The translations under genes and the position numbers were made by a program. The notes beneath the pieces are model-generated. The model was not told the DNA's origin and searched no databases. It saw only the letters and a program-made list of their open reading frames with translations. A DNA stretch of 62,616 nt, counting the filler, from Choristocarpus tenellus KU-1152 (Eukaryota > Protista > Phaeophyceae), in the NCBI GenBank assembly GCA_964200185.2. It is 10 parts of 10 records of this genome, joined end to end, with 100 filler letters (N's around TTAATTAATTAA, not from the genome) between each part and the next. Parts side by side here need not be neighbours in the genome. Positions count along the whole stretch, not along the records: positions 1 to 19,414 come from CAXNAD020000466.1; positions 19,515 to 23,224 come from CAXNAD020018380.1; positions 23,325 to 26,552 come from CAXNAD020021402.1; 7 more parts are not named here. One strand, 5' to 3'. Below, piece after piece: positions 13,801 to 25,814 of this stretch; position 1 is the first letter of the stretch; the number at the start of each line of letters is the position of its first letter.

Positions 13801-14826
13801 GTGGAGGCATTTGGAAATAAACCCAGTCAGTGCAGCAGAGCTCATGATAGACCACAAAGTATATTCCTAACAACAGCAGCATCCAGGTACCAATATCTCC
13901 AAAACCCATGCAATACTCTTGCACCGTATCGAAAGAACCAGTTTTGTGGTGCATGACTGGAGTACTTGAGTAGTCCATTCAATTTGCAAGGACGCTCTTC
14001 CTGTCCAGCTTGTGTGTGTCGAATATACAAAGGAGGGGGGGGGGGATGCAACGCACAAACCTTGTACCATATTTTTTCTCAAAACGATCCTTGAAACTTC
14101 CCCCAAGCACATCACCGTGGCTGCCACCCTTGCCGAAGAAGGCCTCAACGATCCCTAAAATCCTTGAGTAAAGACTCCTAATGACCTTAGCAAATGGCCC
14201 ATCATCCCCGACAGATCCCAAATCCTTCACCTGCTGTGACATGTATGAGAGTAGGGAGTGGCGAGGATTAAAAATGGGCTATTCGTCGCTACAGCTGAGG
14301 GCCTTACATTGGAATCACCACGAAGTGGAATGGACCTCACTTGTGCTGCTCAACCAAACGCTCGTCACAGCAGCCATTGGTCTCACCTATCCATAGGTGA
14401 TCCCTATAATATTTGAATTACGGTATATCGCGTTTTGGGCTGGGTATGCAGTGGGAGAGAGGAAGATCGACCACTTAGTCAACTGCGAACTCTTCAAGTC
14501 GAGCTTGCCTTTCCTCCATCTTTCTTCTCGTCATCTTCCTCCTCTGCAGATAAATCGTCCTTTCTATCTCTGTAATTTTGTCCACCCCCACGAATCCGAC
14601 ATGCCTCACACAGCCACGACGGTGGGAGTGCCTCCACCGATCCCTTACCCGATGTGAGCACTTGCCCAGGTAGGACACACCTCTGCAGCGATGGCGCGCC
14701 AGCACCACCGAAAGGAGCTGTTAGCGACCCTGCAATGGTTGCCACAAGAGTAGTAGCAATAGCAACTGCTAATCCAAACTGTAACCGACATCTAGTCCCC
14801 GAGTCGGGAGCACAAGGCATCACCAT
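9519..14826 (-). CDS. UAS + coiled-coil + UBX domain protein (FAF2/Ubx2-like Cdc48 cofactor, about 519 aa) with signal-like N-terminal leader
   Basis: Exons 14826-14509, 14230-14061, 13618-13462, 13123-12908, 12115-12045, 10754-10572, 10249-10036, 9749-9519 (1560 nt, in frame; intron 1 is GC-AG). UAS: FEKKYGTSHPEF...RLCLIYI...VASFIDENFILWA...SYPFLGVV. E/K/R coiled coil. UBX: IMLRLGDGSRVRRRFLCSDPLEQVFDW...SSFPK...TIEEAGLGKQAMLFVE. Confidence 0.88.
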
Positions 14827-15023
14827 ATTGACCAATGTTTGTGTTGTGACATGTTAAGGTGTGGACTAGAGTTTGAAGATGCGCGAAAACACGCGGGAGT
14901 TCGCGGTCCAGGAGCATCAAATATTTGAACTTAAGTTTGGTTTGAAATCGACACATTGCTGAGGAATTGGTAACAAGGCAACATCCGCCCTTTAGAAAAG
15001 GAAAGCGCTGCTGTAAGAGGGTG

Positions 15024-15200
15024 ATGCCCCCCGCTACATCTTGGAGGCGTCATGAGCCGTTTGACACGCGCCGAAAACTAGGGCTTAACGATATCCATCG
15101 AAGTCACGCGCCCGAGGGTGGTGTCTTCGAGAACTGGGGCAAGCACATCCGTTATTTCCTGGCTCGTTACCCGGAAGTCAAGCGTGATGCTATTGCAAAG
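15024..15200 (+). CDS. Probable first exon of a hypothetical protein, divergent from the UBX gene; downstream exons uncertain (candidates 15834-15856, about 17475-17556, about 18464-18694)
   Basis: ATG-initiated MPPATSWRRHEPFDTRRKLGLNDIH...YPEVKRDAIAK ending at a strong AAG|gtaagc donor. No family recognised. Confidence 0.45.
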
Positions 15201-17212
15201 GTAAGCTCCAAGACGTTCGATGAGGTTGAGATTCAGTCTCCCTCCTGCTGTGTAAGGGATTCACTCGATACGGTTTTTCTTCCAATCGACGTTGTTAACT
15301 CGGTTTTCCTCATAGTTCCCCAGTGTTTAGCATGCTTTCGTGAGACATTCCAGATGTATCCCAACCCGCTCCTTCCTTTATCTCAGTGGACGACAGCCAT
15401 GTGCCTATATCTATACAACTCATGAATGAGATGCTGGCATTTCCTGACTTGTTACACGCTCATCCCATCTAATTTTTGTCGTTCAAGATTACACGCCAAG
15501 ATGCGCAACATATGTTATCTTCTCGGAACTGGTATTTCTCTACGCAGAATTGCCATATTGTGATCTGCGCGTGGCAACAAATCTGAGACAGTACTCCTTG
15601 GAGTAGACTACACAATATATCTCATAATCACAATGCCCCATTGCCCTGCCTCGATCAACTTAACAGTGCACACCTCTCCGCCTCCCCCTCTTTCCCATTG
15701 GAATGTACCGAAATCCAAATCATCTGCCCTCTTGGTCATGCATGACAGCGTCTGGTCGTCTACGGCATCCGCAGTCTACTCTCTTCCCACCGCCTCGACG
15801 ACTTGACCCTGGATACGCTTGATTCCATCACAGGTTCGTCTGGACATTGTAAATAGGTTTGCAGCAGACAAAGCGTTGCCATTTTTCATGAGTATTCCAC
15901 ATGTTGATGGATTGTATTAACCCTGATGCATCAAAGAGATAGCCTGGTAATTCTATGCTGTATGTGTGCAGTTTTTGGTGCAGACGACTTCAACAGTGAA
16001 GCAGTACACATCAATCAACCGAAGTACTCTCGAATGTCTGCTTGAACGAACAATCTTGAATCGTGACCGATTGAAAACGTCAAATTTTCCCTGTCCAACA
16101 AATGTGCAAATTTACTCCAACCCACTCTCGCCAGCAACTCAAACCGAAGGAAATGTGTTAAAAGATCAACGAGCTGTGTTAAAAGGGCCTTTCAATCTCC
16201 ACTGCCAACACCACCCTTTGTTGAGTTGCAGCCTTCTCTTCTGATGAGTCTTTTGTCAAGACAGCCTTCTCCCCATCAGTCCCACCTGTAGCAGTTACAC
16301 CCCTTATCAGATCCTCGAGTAGCTCTTTCCTGCAGTCCAGCGTGAAGGCTTCTCCTACATAGTTTGCTGTTCTAGCTCCAGCCCTTAGCGATGTGTCACT
16401 GATTAGAGCCTGCTCAACCTTGACCAGCCTTGAGATCAAGACTAACCAACGCCTCCTCCAAGTCACCTCGACTTTGCCCCTCCTAGCGCTGAGCCTAGAT
16501 GCTCAACCTCAAATTATCCAGCATCCCTGCTCAATATCAAATTATGCTATCTTTTGCACTTTAGTCTGGGACTAGGAACCCAGCTTAACACTATCTTGCC
16601 CCAACCCTGGTGAGAGGCACTACATAGTCCAATACTCATTTCCGATCAAATAAAAATGTACTGTTACACTACCACTGGTTCCACTGCCCTTTATATGCCT
16701 TGCATTTCTCTTGGGAGTTGGGTTCAGTTATCCTATGCTCATCTCAACCTCCTTCCGTGAGTCATACTCAGTACTCGCCTGGCTGAAATAAAGCCTAAAC
16801 ATATGACAAATCAGACTTTCTGTTTCATTTTTTTTTGTTAAGCAACAGACGGGAGGGTCCATGTGTACTTACTTACTGTCTGGTTGTGGTTGCCACATAT
16901 TCCCTTCAAATCAAATTCTGCTGTGCTATATGAAGTACAGACTAGATCATGACCAGGCAGTTTTGGGGTTTATTACTTATGTGCCAACATTGCCCGCGTT
17001 CGCTTGTCGCCAATGTCACCTCTTGTTTCGTGATTAAATTTTTACTTCCCCACGTTGCCAATAGCCCCATCTTTTCCTTGTCTTTAAAATTGTTTCAAGG
17101 AGGAACAGGCTGTGGACGCATTGTTGGGTTCATCATTTGTGCTCCGTGCCCACCCTCCTTGACCCATTCTACCCACTCGTACCCCACAAGTTTGTGTGAA
17201 AGGGACCACCTT

Positions 17213-17290
17213 AACACCTTCTGGTTGTTCTTGACCACCTTCTGGTTGTTCTTGACCACCTTCTGGTTGTTCTTGACCACCTTCTGGTTG
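17213..17290. repeat. 21-bp minisatellite (ACCACCTTCTGGTTGTTCTTG) x about 3.7
   Basis: Near-perfect tandem copies seen directly. Confidence 0.95.
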
Positions 17291-19414
17291 GTGCAGGCCG
17301 CAACCTGAACACGGAAAATTCTCGATTTTGATGACCAATATATCAGAGGTTGATGGCACGGTATGGCCTCGTGATGTTTACCATTGACAACGCCAGAATT
17401 CTGACATATTGACTCAAATGGTTTCTAGCGTACTCATCATTACCGCCAACTAAACTGAAACCCTGTTTTAAGCAGTGAGTACCTCTGCTTGTGCTGTCAA
17501 CTGCTTTTGGGTCAAAAACTGGAACCCTGTCTCCATTGCCTACAAAACAAAACAAGGTGCGGCAGAGGGGGAAGTGATGACAGTAATCAGGGATCACGCC
17601 AGGAGCAAGCGAGGCATTTCTTTGGCAACCAAGGGGAAGAAGCTGGAGCCCCCTCCCAGACCACAAGCCAACACACAGCAGGTGGGCCCATCAGGGGGTT
17701 AGGTGATGTGACAACCCAATTGTAATGTGGATCGCAACAAGGTTCGCAATAAGGGTGGACAGTGACAGTGGAACAGGTTGTAGGTGATATTATCTTTCAA
17801 AACATTGTGTTGCAAAAACGTTTTATTGTTTTTTTTTGTACATTGTACATACCCAACTTCGTTGGTTCGGTGGCAGGATTTGCATATCCCCCTGCTTGGT
17901 GGTTTTCTCACATGGGGTTAATTAAAGAAATTGAGGGTGGAGCGGTCTGAGAATGAAGGGGAGGGAGACTCAGTTGATGCTGAGGTACACCACATACGCC
18001 TTCTCAAGATCATTTTGCGTAGAAGACGTAGAACAGAGTTGTTTGATTTTTTTTTTTGCCCATAATGTTTCTGACTACATTACTAACAAATTTCACAGGA
18101 GTCTCTCGATACTGGGGTAGCAGAAGAGAGGAAGAGGCCATACTTTTTGTTGCAGTGTACAGTGTACAGTGTATAGTGTTCAGTGTACTATAGTGTACTA
18201 CAATGTATAGTGTACAGCTATCATGAATTGAGCCGTTGCTTCTGAGTGAGAGCCTCTGCTGTCCCTCTTGTTCTATTCTCATTCTATGGTGGTAACTTTT
18301 CTCTCCCTCCCCTCTGTGCGCTATTGATAGCCTTGGCCCCTCTCTCTTTCCCACACCCTCCCCCTGCCCCACGTTCAAAATCCTTGTTTCTTCAATGGCG
18401 CGGTCCTGTCACGCAGCCCAAATATACCCTACCCTCTCTCCCCAACCTTTGGTCGCCCTGCAGGACTCTAAGAAAACCGCCTTCAAAGGCGATACCAATG
18501 CTAATCCTGTAAACAATGTCAAAGTCAGAACAATTGTTACAGCTCCTGCTGTAACTGCCCGACCCGATGTGTTGACCCGGTACCCCTTTGTGGATGGTCT
18601 GGAGGAAGGATCAGGGGGTGGTGTGGGGGGCGCCTTGCAGCACGCGGTGCCAGCTATTCCTCTGCATCACCTGGCCAAACGGGAGATAAAGTGAGAGGGG
18701 CAAGAAGGGCGGGGGGGGAGGGGGGGGGCTATGGTTTTGGTGGTCAATATCGTTGTCCCCAGGAATTGGACGTTTTTTTTGTTGTTGGACATCGTTCCTT
18801 TTTTTTTCTCACTGATTTGAGTCAGAAGGTGGTGGTTTGCTGTGTCTCTCCCTGCCCAAAGGCCTTATCGTACCATGTGGGGGATATGGTTGGATATCAA
18901 GAAAGGCATATGAATTCACAAATTCTATTTTTATTTTTTCTTGGGTGTGGGAGGACACAATCTAAGACACAATTCTAGTGCTCTGAGCTCGGCTTTTTTG
19001 AGGTGGGGCTGTTGCATTTGACAAAAAAGGGTACGAGTACTACTTCAGTAGTGATTGACAGCCATGCCAAACACATTGTTGGAAATTGTCAGTTATGTCA
19101 CCTGAAAGAAGGTATGTATGCAGAGTTAGTTCCTTGATGGGAATGGAGTTAGTAACAAAAGAAGAAACATTGCTTCAAACACAACCTGAGAAGACTGCAA
19201 AAAAAGATTGATCAATCAGATTGACCAATCAGATTGATCGCAGTGGTGGACATCGTACGTCAATTCTTGAACCTACTTTCAAAAGTGGCGGTTGCAGCTT
19301 CAGTCCAGTAGGCGTCCAACTTAAAACTATCAACCACACAACCAAACATTCAAATAACAGGGGTGGTTGTACTCAAGGACCTACACATGGTATAGGGTCA
19401 AAGTATCTGGGGGG

Positions 19415-19514
19415 NNNNNNNNNNNNNNNNNNNNNNNNNNNNNNNNNNNNNNNNNNNNTTAATTAATTAANNNNNNNNNNNNNNNNNNNNNNNNNNNNNN
19501 NNNNNNNNNNNNNN
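19415..19514. other. Artificial contig spacer 44N-TTAATTAATTAA-44N (also at 23225, 26553, 29468, 37022, 40457, 44740, 52939, 58143)
   Basis: Identical palindromic six-frame stop linker in N runs, nine times. Genes truncated at spacers do not continue in the next contig. Confidence 0.97.
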
Positions 19515-21069
19515 AAAACACGTCTTTTTGGCCCGATACCGACCCCCCCAAACACCCCACCCCCCCCCCCCCCAGATACTTGAACCCTTTGAATGATGCT
19601 GCTCTTCTTTAACTCAAACACTACAAATTATACCCCTGTGCTATCTATCCTTTCTTTCCTATGCCACAAGATGGAAACTTCGGGGCAGGTGGGATAGAGG
19701 ATTAGGGGGAGCAGACATATCGATAAGTGGTAAGAGTCGTAAACCAAACACCAGAAAAGCAAAGAAAGAATGTTTCAAAATGCTCCATACCATACCTCGA
19801 CGGAATGTGCACTTCCAACAATCCACAAGCCTGTAGATTTCGCTGATGCACGTACAGGATGCCTGAGGCACACCAATAGCCTGATGACCAGCGAGGATGG
19901 TAAGTATCAGGTCAGCAGATGAGGTATAGTTCTTTTCAAAGTGAATGTACGTCAAACAAAATCAAGAACTGAAAAGTGTGGGCAATCCATAAAATTTGTT
20001 CTTGTTGAGTTTTTAGACGCCGTAATACATCTGAAAACGTTTGCTTTATTCTAAGTTACACCTTCCACACTGTAACTGTAGCGAATCGGATTTCTCCACC
20101 TTGGAGGTCCGCGCGCAAGCTTACTACTCGCACTGGTTAGAGTGCGAAAACAAATACTTGCGCAACTCGACTGCAACAAGAACGGAGGCAGTACAAACGT
20201 ATTGCAGAAGTTAGTAGATGGTATGAGAAGTGGTGCAGTGTGTGGTAGTGACTCTGACCACCGGTCAGGATCATCCACACCAACTTGTAACAAATGGTAA
20301 ATAGTAGCAGTAACAATCACATCACACTACGTTTTGTATGTAACGATATTTGGTATTGTTTGGATGAATTTCGTTGGTTCGAACCCCTTCGACGCCGGAC
20401 CATTTTTCATTGAGTACAGCAGTATGAAAGTATACTGCTACAGATAGAAGTGGAGGGGGGCAGTATGACAATAGTTACATATATCCATCACTTCGTGTCT
20501 AGCCATCCCTATTATATTATTATGCCCTCTGAACCCTATAAGACTCATATATTTTATATCCTCTTGAACACTCTGACATTTTTCCAATTATTTATTATTA
20601 TGCGTATGAGCATTTAGGGATATGTAGGACAAAGACAATGACAAAACAAAAACAACTACTTAGTAAACTACAGTAAAATAACTGGCAATGCTACAATAGG
20701 TGTCGTCCACATCATTCTTCCTCCCAGGCACAACCCTAGGGCTGGTCAAAACAGAGAGGCCTTTCATACACTAATTTATACAACGTCATTCTTGGTATAT
20801 CGACACCTCAGTCTACAATGTGACTCCATCCCATCATAAACTAAATAACTCTTTTTAGTTAATCGTAAGGACCCGTCACCATTGCTGATAACGCCTCTAA
20901 AAACATGCTCTTGATATTTTTAGTGGGCGTGACAATCTGTGATGTGACACTCTCAATAACTATTGTATTAGAGCGCAAAAAAAACAAACACTCTTGAGAC
21001 TGAAAATGATGCCTCTTCACTAAAACCTTGTTTTGATTGGTGTTAAAATGTATACTAAACTGTCGTCAG

Positions 21070-21570
21070 ACACCTCCTCCCTTGCATTTGGTCTATGAGT
21101 TCGCCGAATATTCTTGGGGGGATGATTGGTTCAGAATGTGATTTGTTTAGGGTTATGAATCGAGAGCATTTGCGAATGTGAGTTAAACCAGCTGCCTTGT
21201 ACCTGCTCATGAGAGCTTGCCAGGCCACGAGTCTGTTGCTCAGGGATGTTTAATATGGTTGCTGGAGTCTTCGAAGGGGGCTCTTGCTAGTCCTCTACAG
21301 ATTCCAAGAAGAATACCGAACAGTTTGTTGTCTCTGGTGTAGTTGCCATGGGGTGTGCGGGGAAAGACGAGGGGATGTTGAAGGAAGCATCAAGGGTTGG
21401 GCACTCATGTATCACCAGTTGTAGGAATATAGCGGGAGCTGGAATCAACCAGAACATTTTGGGCCCGAGGTGCCATTCAGCTCAGGATGGCGATGAAGTT
21501 CAGCTTGGAGGTGTCCCAGCCAGATTCATCATCAGAAAAGGGGGGGAAGTTTATTTGTACGTTCCATAAT
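21070..21570 (-). mobile_element. Degenerate Copia-type gag fragment
   Basis: Frameshifted MERTNKLPP.FSDDESGWDTSKLNFIAIL...DNKLFGILLGICRGLAR...VAWQALMSRY fits the Ty1/copia gag pattern (F..W...F.A.L; AW.AL..RY). Confidence 0.5.
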
Positions 21571-21882
21571 GATGTGTAAAAAGAGCTGCAACAGTGGACG
21601 TGATAGATATAGAGTGGTAGGACAGGACGAGATTGTGTGGGTTAGACAGGTGCAGAAGGCTGATATCTTGTTAAAACCTTGGATTGCATGGATCACTAAT
21701 CCTCGTGAAGTGCTCTGTGTAGAGGCTTGGAGACCTGTACAGGCGAAGAGGTGGCCCAGTGCACTGAAGCACTGGTGGAATTCAATATGATGAATACTGT
21801 AACATGCTCTGTGAAGAGACTGATTGAATACTCCAAGGCATGGCAGTGTTCAAGTGCCATAGTTCAGGATAGTGATGGATGT

Positions 21883-22134
21883 GAGTGAAAGTATCTTGGA
21901 GGGTACGAGTTTTGCCCTGTTTGCCCATTTGGGGCTTGGCTTCCCATGGGTTCTTTTATGTCACTTCCCTACTCCAAAGTGTTTAGAAGTAGGTAACGTG
22001 TATATGTTATGAAAAAGGTGCGTCCGGAACATGGATACTGACACTTCCTGAAAAACACGATAGCCAAAATTACATCAAGATTGGATTTTGGTCCCCAAAT
22101 GGAAGCGGCTCTACCCTCAAAGATACTTTGGTTC
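21883..22134 (+). mobile_element. MITE family B copy 1 (252 bp), TSD TGT
   Basis: GAGTGAAAGTATCTTGGAGGGTA...TACCCTCAAAGATACTTTGGTTC; colinear with four other copies. Confidence 0.9.
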
Positions 22135-22375
22135 TGTGTGTTACAGGCAATGTGTCTTAATGGCTGTTTCATAAACGCCATTGAGTCCTTAATATCCTAG
22201 AATGTATGTGCTTGTACTTCTTGATTCATTATTTATTGTCAAGTCATCATGATCCCGCATATAGATTGTTAATATTTGTTCAGTCCTATTTTACACCCTC
22301 AATGAAAGCAGTGAAGTGAATAATCGACATGAGAGATACTGCATATTTGAGGAAATTTCCTTTATGGAGCCTTCT

Positions 22376-22552
22376 GGCTCAAAGTATCTGGGGGGGTAGG
22401 GGGTCTACACCAGGGTGTCCATTTGGGTCCTGACCAGGAAAAGTGCATTTACATTATCCATCTGACACATGCAACCAAATCACCCAGAAATTGCAACATC
22501 GAAATATGGGCCCCGAATGGACAGCTGCCACCCCCCCCAGATACTTTGAGCT
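22376..22552 (+). mobile_element. MITE family A copy (177 bp), no clear TSD
   Basis: GGCTCAAAGTATCTGGGGGGG...CCCCCCCCAGATACTTTGAGCT; interior matches 50165-50340. Confidence 0.9.
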
Positions 22553-23324
22553 AACGCGAAAAACTACAGACAAAAAAAAGGCCTCACAATTGGATGAAAG
22601 TAGAGTAGTGTCCAAGATGAACTCTCCCCCTTCTTCACAACTACAAACACAAATAAAAGCAGACACAAGAATAACATATTTCACATAAAAATAGGGTACT
22701 GTCATTGAGAGACTCCCCCCTCATTGAAACTAGATCAAGTAGGGTGATGGTTCAAAGTATCTGGGGGGGTGGTGGTTTGTGTTCAAAATAGGACAATAGC
22801 ATGGCAAGTGTGCAGAATGGGAAGTGTACACAATAAGATGTTTTAGGTTTGAGAGTTCCAGCAACTTTTCATTGCCTGCACTCTCATGGGGGAGTGTGTA
22901 AAATAGGACAATAGTGAGGTGTACCTTATTTTGCGTATACGAGATTATTGTGTTGGATTGAGTCCATGTAATGTAACTAATGAGATAGTACATCTGGATT
23001 ATGTATGGGATTATATATTGGTATTTATTCCGCATTCAACTACTTTGACATAGCCGTTGACTTAGATAGGAAACACAAATAAATAATAAACAAGCAATGA
23101 GAAGACACCACACAAAGGTCACTTTTCTAACTTCAACCATGTAATAACGTTCCGCAAAGGGGGTCGTGTGAGGCTTCACACCTTCTTATCTTCACTACTA
23201 ACAAATAGCATTACCTCCCAAGGTNNNNNNNNNNNNNNNNNNNNNNNNNNNNNNNNNNNNNNNNNNNNTTAATTAATTAANNNNNNNNNNNNNNNNNNNN
23301 NNNNNNNNNNNNNNNNNNNNNNNN

Positions 23325-23397
23325 ATAGCGCCGTTTTAAGGTCGTTAGATTTGAGTTATACATCCTGTGGAGGTGAGTTCTGGGGCACGCTGTAACA
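23325..23397 (+). mobile_element. 3' end of an LTR (same family as 25708-25779), cut by contig edge
   Basis: About 70 bp near-identical to 25708-25779, ending ...GGGGCACGCTGTAACA; no PBS follows. Confidence 0.7.
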
Positions 23398-24716
23398 CAT
23401 TGTATTGATCAAACCACAATGTCTCAGCTAGTGTAATTGTGAACCGGAAAACTATTCTTGGTTGTGGGTTGCGCTAGGCCACAACAGATAGGTGTCTCAA
23501 GAGGAACTGCACTGAGGTGGAGGGTTTTAAAGGAATTGGATCAGTGGTTACCTTGGTGGGTGGATCATTACCTTGAATTATTACCTTGCGTCCCTGAAAA
23601 GCAAAGGTTAAATATCCTGTGTTTGTTAGGCAAGGATTGTCCATTTCCATTCTGAGGAATCTGTATACTGTCTAATCCTTTCGATTTGAACGTGGAAACT
23701 CGATTCCTCACCTTCAAGCATTGTCATTAACCCTTATATCCGGAGTTCTGGAGTGATGAGATCCAGTTTTCTTTCATTTCCAATCTTTTGAACTATGTGG
23801 AGCAGAAACCGTGTGCCTGCCTACGAGGAACACAGTCACCTCCCGCTGAGTGAGCTCTAAAAAAAAAATCATCTGCTTAAGGGGCACTGAGAGGGCCGAG
23901 GGATCCGACTGAAAGTAAAGGATTCAAACCTATAAATGACCATCCCGAGTATTCACATCAATTACACTCGTTTTGCGGGTACGGTAGAAGGAAGTTTGGA
24001 GATGAAAAAGAGGTGCATGGGGATCTTCTTCCATTCGAAACTTGGCGGAAAAGGGATAAAGCCCTGATCATCCCATATGTGTATAGACCCATCAAAATAT
24101 TCATTTGAGTGTGGTAAAAAAATATTTTTGCACTTGTAAAGGAGAAAACGCCAACGACTTAACAGGTAAATCGTACACGAGTTTACATTGAAAAATGATT
24201 CAAACCTTCATCTCTCTCTTTTAGTAGAATCTGATGTATCAGGCCGGCAACCCACTTTGTGAGGAGTAGACGTAGCCACAGGGACATCACCTTGAGGGTT
24301 TGAAGTAAGAGCATTTTGAATGTTCTCGACAACAACGGCGGCAATTGATTGAGCCAGGTGTGTTTGTGAAGAGTGTGATGTTTCTTCGGCTGTTGTGGCA
24401 GAGGGTGGTGAAGAAGATGGAAAAGACTCTTGCGTCAATACACCTTGGTCACAGGGAACTATTGAAGATTTGAGCATCAGTACACTTTAGCCAGGAGAAA
24501 CATCCAGATTGTGTTGTAATCTGTATGCTTAAATGATCTCTGCACATTAAGGAATCTCTTTTGCTTTCCACCAGACATCACTAGCTGGAGCAAAACCTCT
24601 AAATCTAAGCCAGTATGAATAACCTTGTGGGGATTTACGACCCACTCCAGGTTTATGGTCTGCAATGCCCTCATCAAAGTATGACCCTAAAGTTGGTTGA
24701 ACGCTTGAACCTTGTT

Positions 24717-25370
24717 CTATGTCTGATTCAGGTTATATTCTGTCCCAAAATAAAGAAATGAGAGAATCAATGTCTGGTTCAGGAGGGTGACCCTGTTTGT
24801 GTGGTTCAAGTCGTGGTATATATGCACAGTGATTTCTCGATGGTCGTCCTGTACCTTCACACGGTAGACTACCGGAGTTATCCTCTCTTTAACTTCATAC
24901 AGTCCTCTCCACAGGGGCATTATTAACTTGGGGTTGGGAGCGTCTGCCGAAGTGTGGGGTTTTTGTAATCACACCTTAGCACCAACTTCATAAATGGGAA
25001 TGGTGTGTTCAGTGGTCTTGGACTCGTTGCTCAAATCTTACCAATATTCTGTCTAGTCAGTTCATATGCCAGTTATAAATTATCCACTGTTTGCTTACTG
25101 TACCTGGTTAGAAATAGGCATGGCCTCTGGTTCTCCCAAAAGGATATCGATTGGTAATGTGAGACGACTCCCAAACATAAAATAAAAGAGTATTCTATCC
25201 ATAGACCTTTTGAAGGTCGAGGATCAGTTTATTTTCAAATTCCGTACCCTGGTCTGAGTGTAAGGTTTCTGGGGCACCAAAAATAGAAAACACTCGTTCT
25301 GTTAATGCTTTTACTACAGTTGCCTCTCGTTTGTCAGGCGCGAACAATATACGATATTAGTAATACGTAG
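24717..25370 (-). mobile_element. Degenerate Ty3/Gypsy integrase core and GPY/F region
   Basis: RVFSIFGAPETLHSDQGTEFENK (25300-25230) and PLWRGLYEVKERITPVVYRV; frameshifts present. Confidence 0.85.
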
Positions 25371-25374
25371 GTAG

Positions 25375-25796
25375 CCTTACAGAATAAATGCTGATTTCAT
25401 AGAAGATACAGAGTAAGATTCGGAATGCAGGCGTAACACATTACAGAAGAATAAAGCTCCTAAGAAGTTGAAGAATAAAGATTTATGATTGGAGTACGTA
25501 TAGAGCAGTTGTATAGAAGACCAAAGAAATTGGGTGGATGATGAAAATAGTAAGAGGGCTTTTAGTGAAAACACTTTTACCCCTCTTACCATTATTTTAT
25601 CTTGAACGAAACTTTGAGTTGAGCCTTGAGCTAAGCACTGAGTGGAATATCCAGAGAGAAGGCTCCCTGACACATCCTACAAACTGTTACCAAGTGCAAT
25701 GCCCCCATAGCGTTGCTTTAAGGTCGTTGGATTTGAGTTATACATCCTGTGAAGGTGAGTTCAGGGGCACGCTGTAACATGGAGGTCCTACCGAGA
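25375..25796 (+). mobile_element. LTR (left boundary approximate) followed by a tRNA-Gln primer-binding site, nested antisense in Gypsy pol
   Basis: ...GCTGTAACA (25779) is directly followed by TGGAGGTCCTACCGAGA (25780-25796), the complement of a eukaryotic tRNA-Gln 3' end. Confidence 0.7.
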
Positions 25797-25814
25797 CTTC
25801 CACCCTGTAACACT

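Noticed and set aside
17213-17290. 21-bp repeats as a CRISPR array or coding repeat (QPEGGQE)n
   Set aside because: Head-to-tail with no spacers, in a eukaryotic context, with no supported exon; an ordinary minisatellite.
19459-19470. Palindromic TTAATTAATTAA repeated nine times at intervals
   Set aside because: Always embedded in 44N flanks, so it is an artificial six-frame stop linker. No synteny can be inferred across it.
19659-20300. IHFEKNY as a DF.ENY transposase motif, and short plus-strand exon-like frames
   Set aside because: The catalytic Asp is absent and there are no supporting motifs; cannot be assigned.
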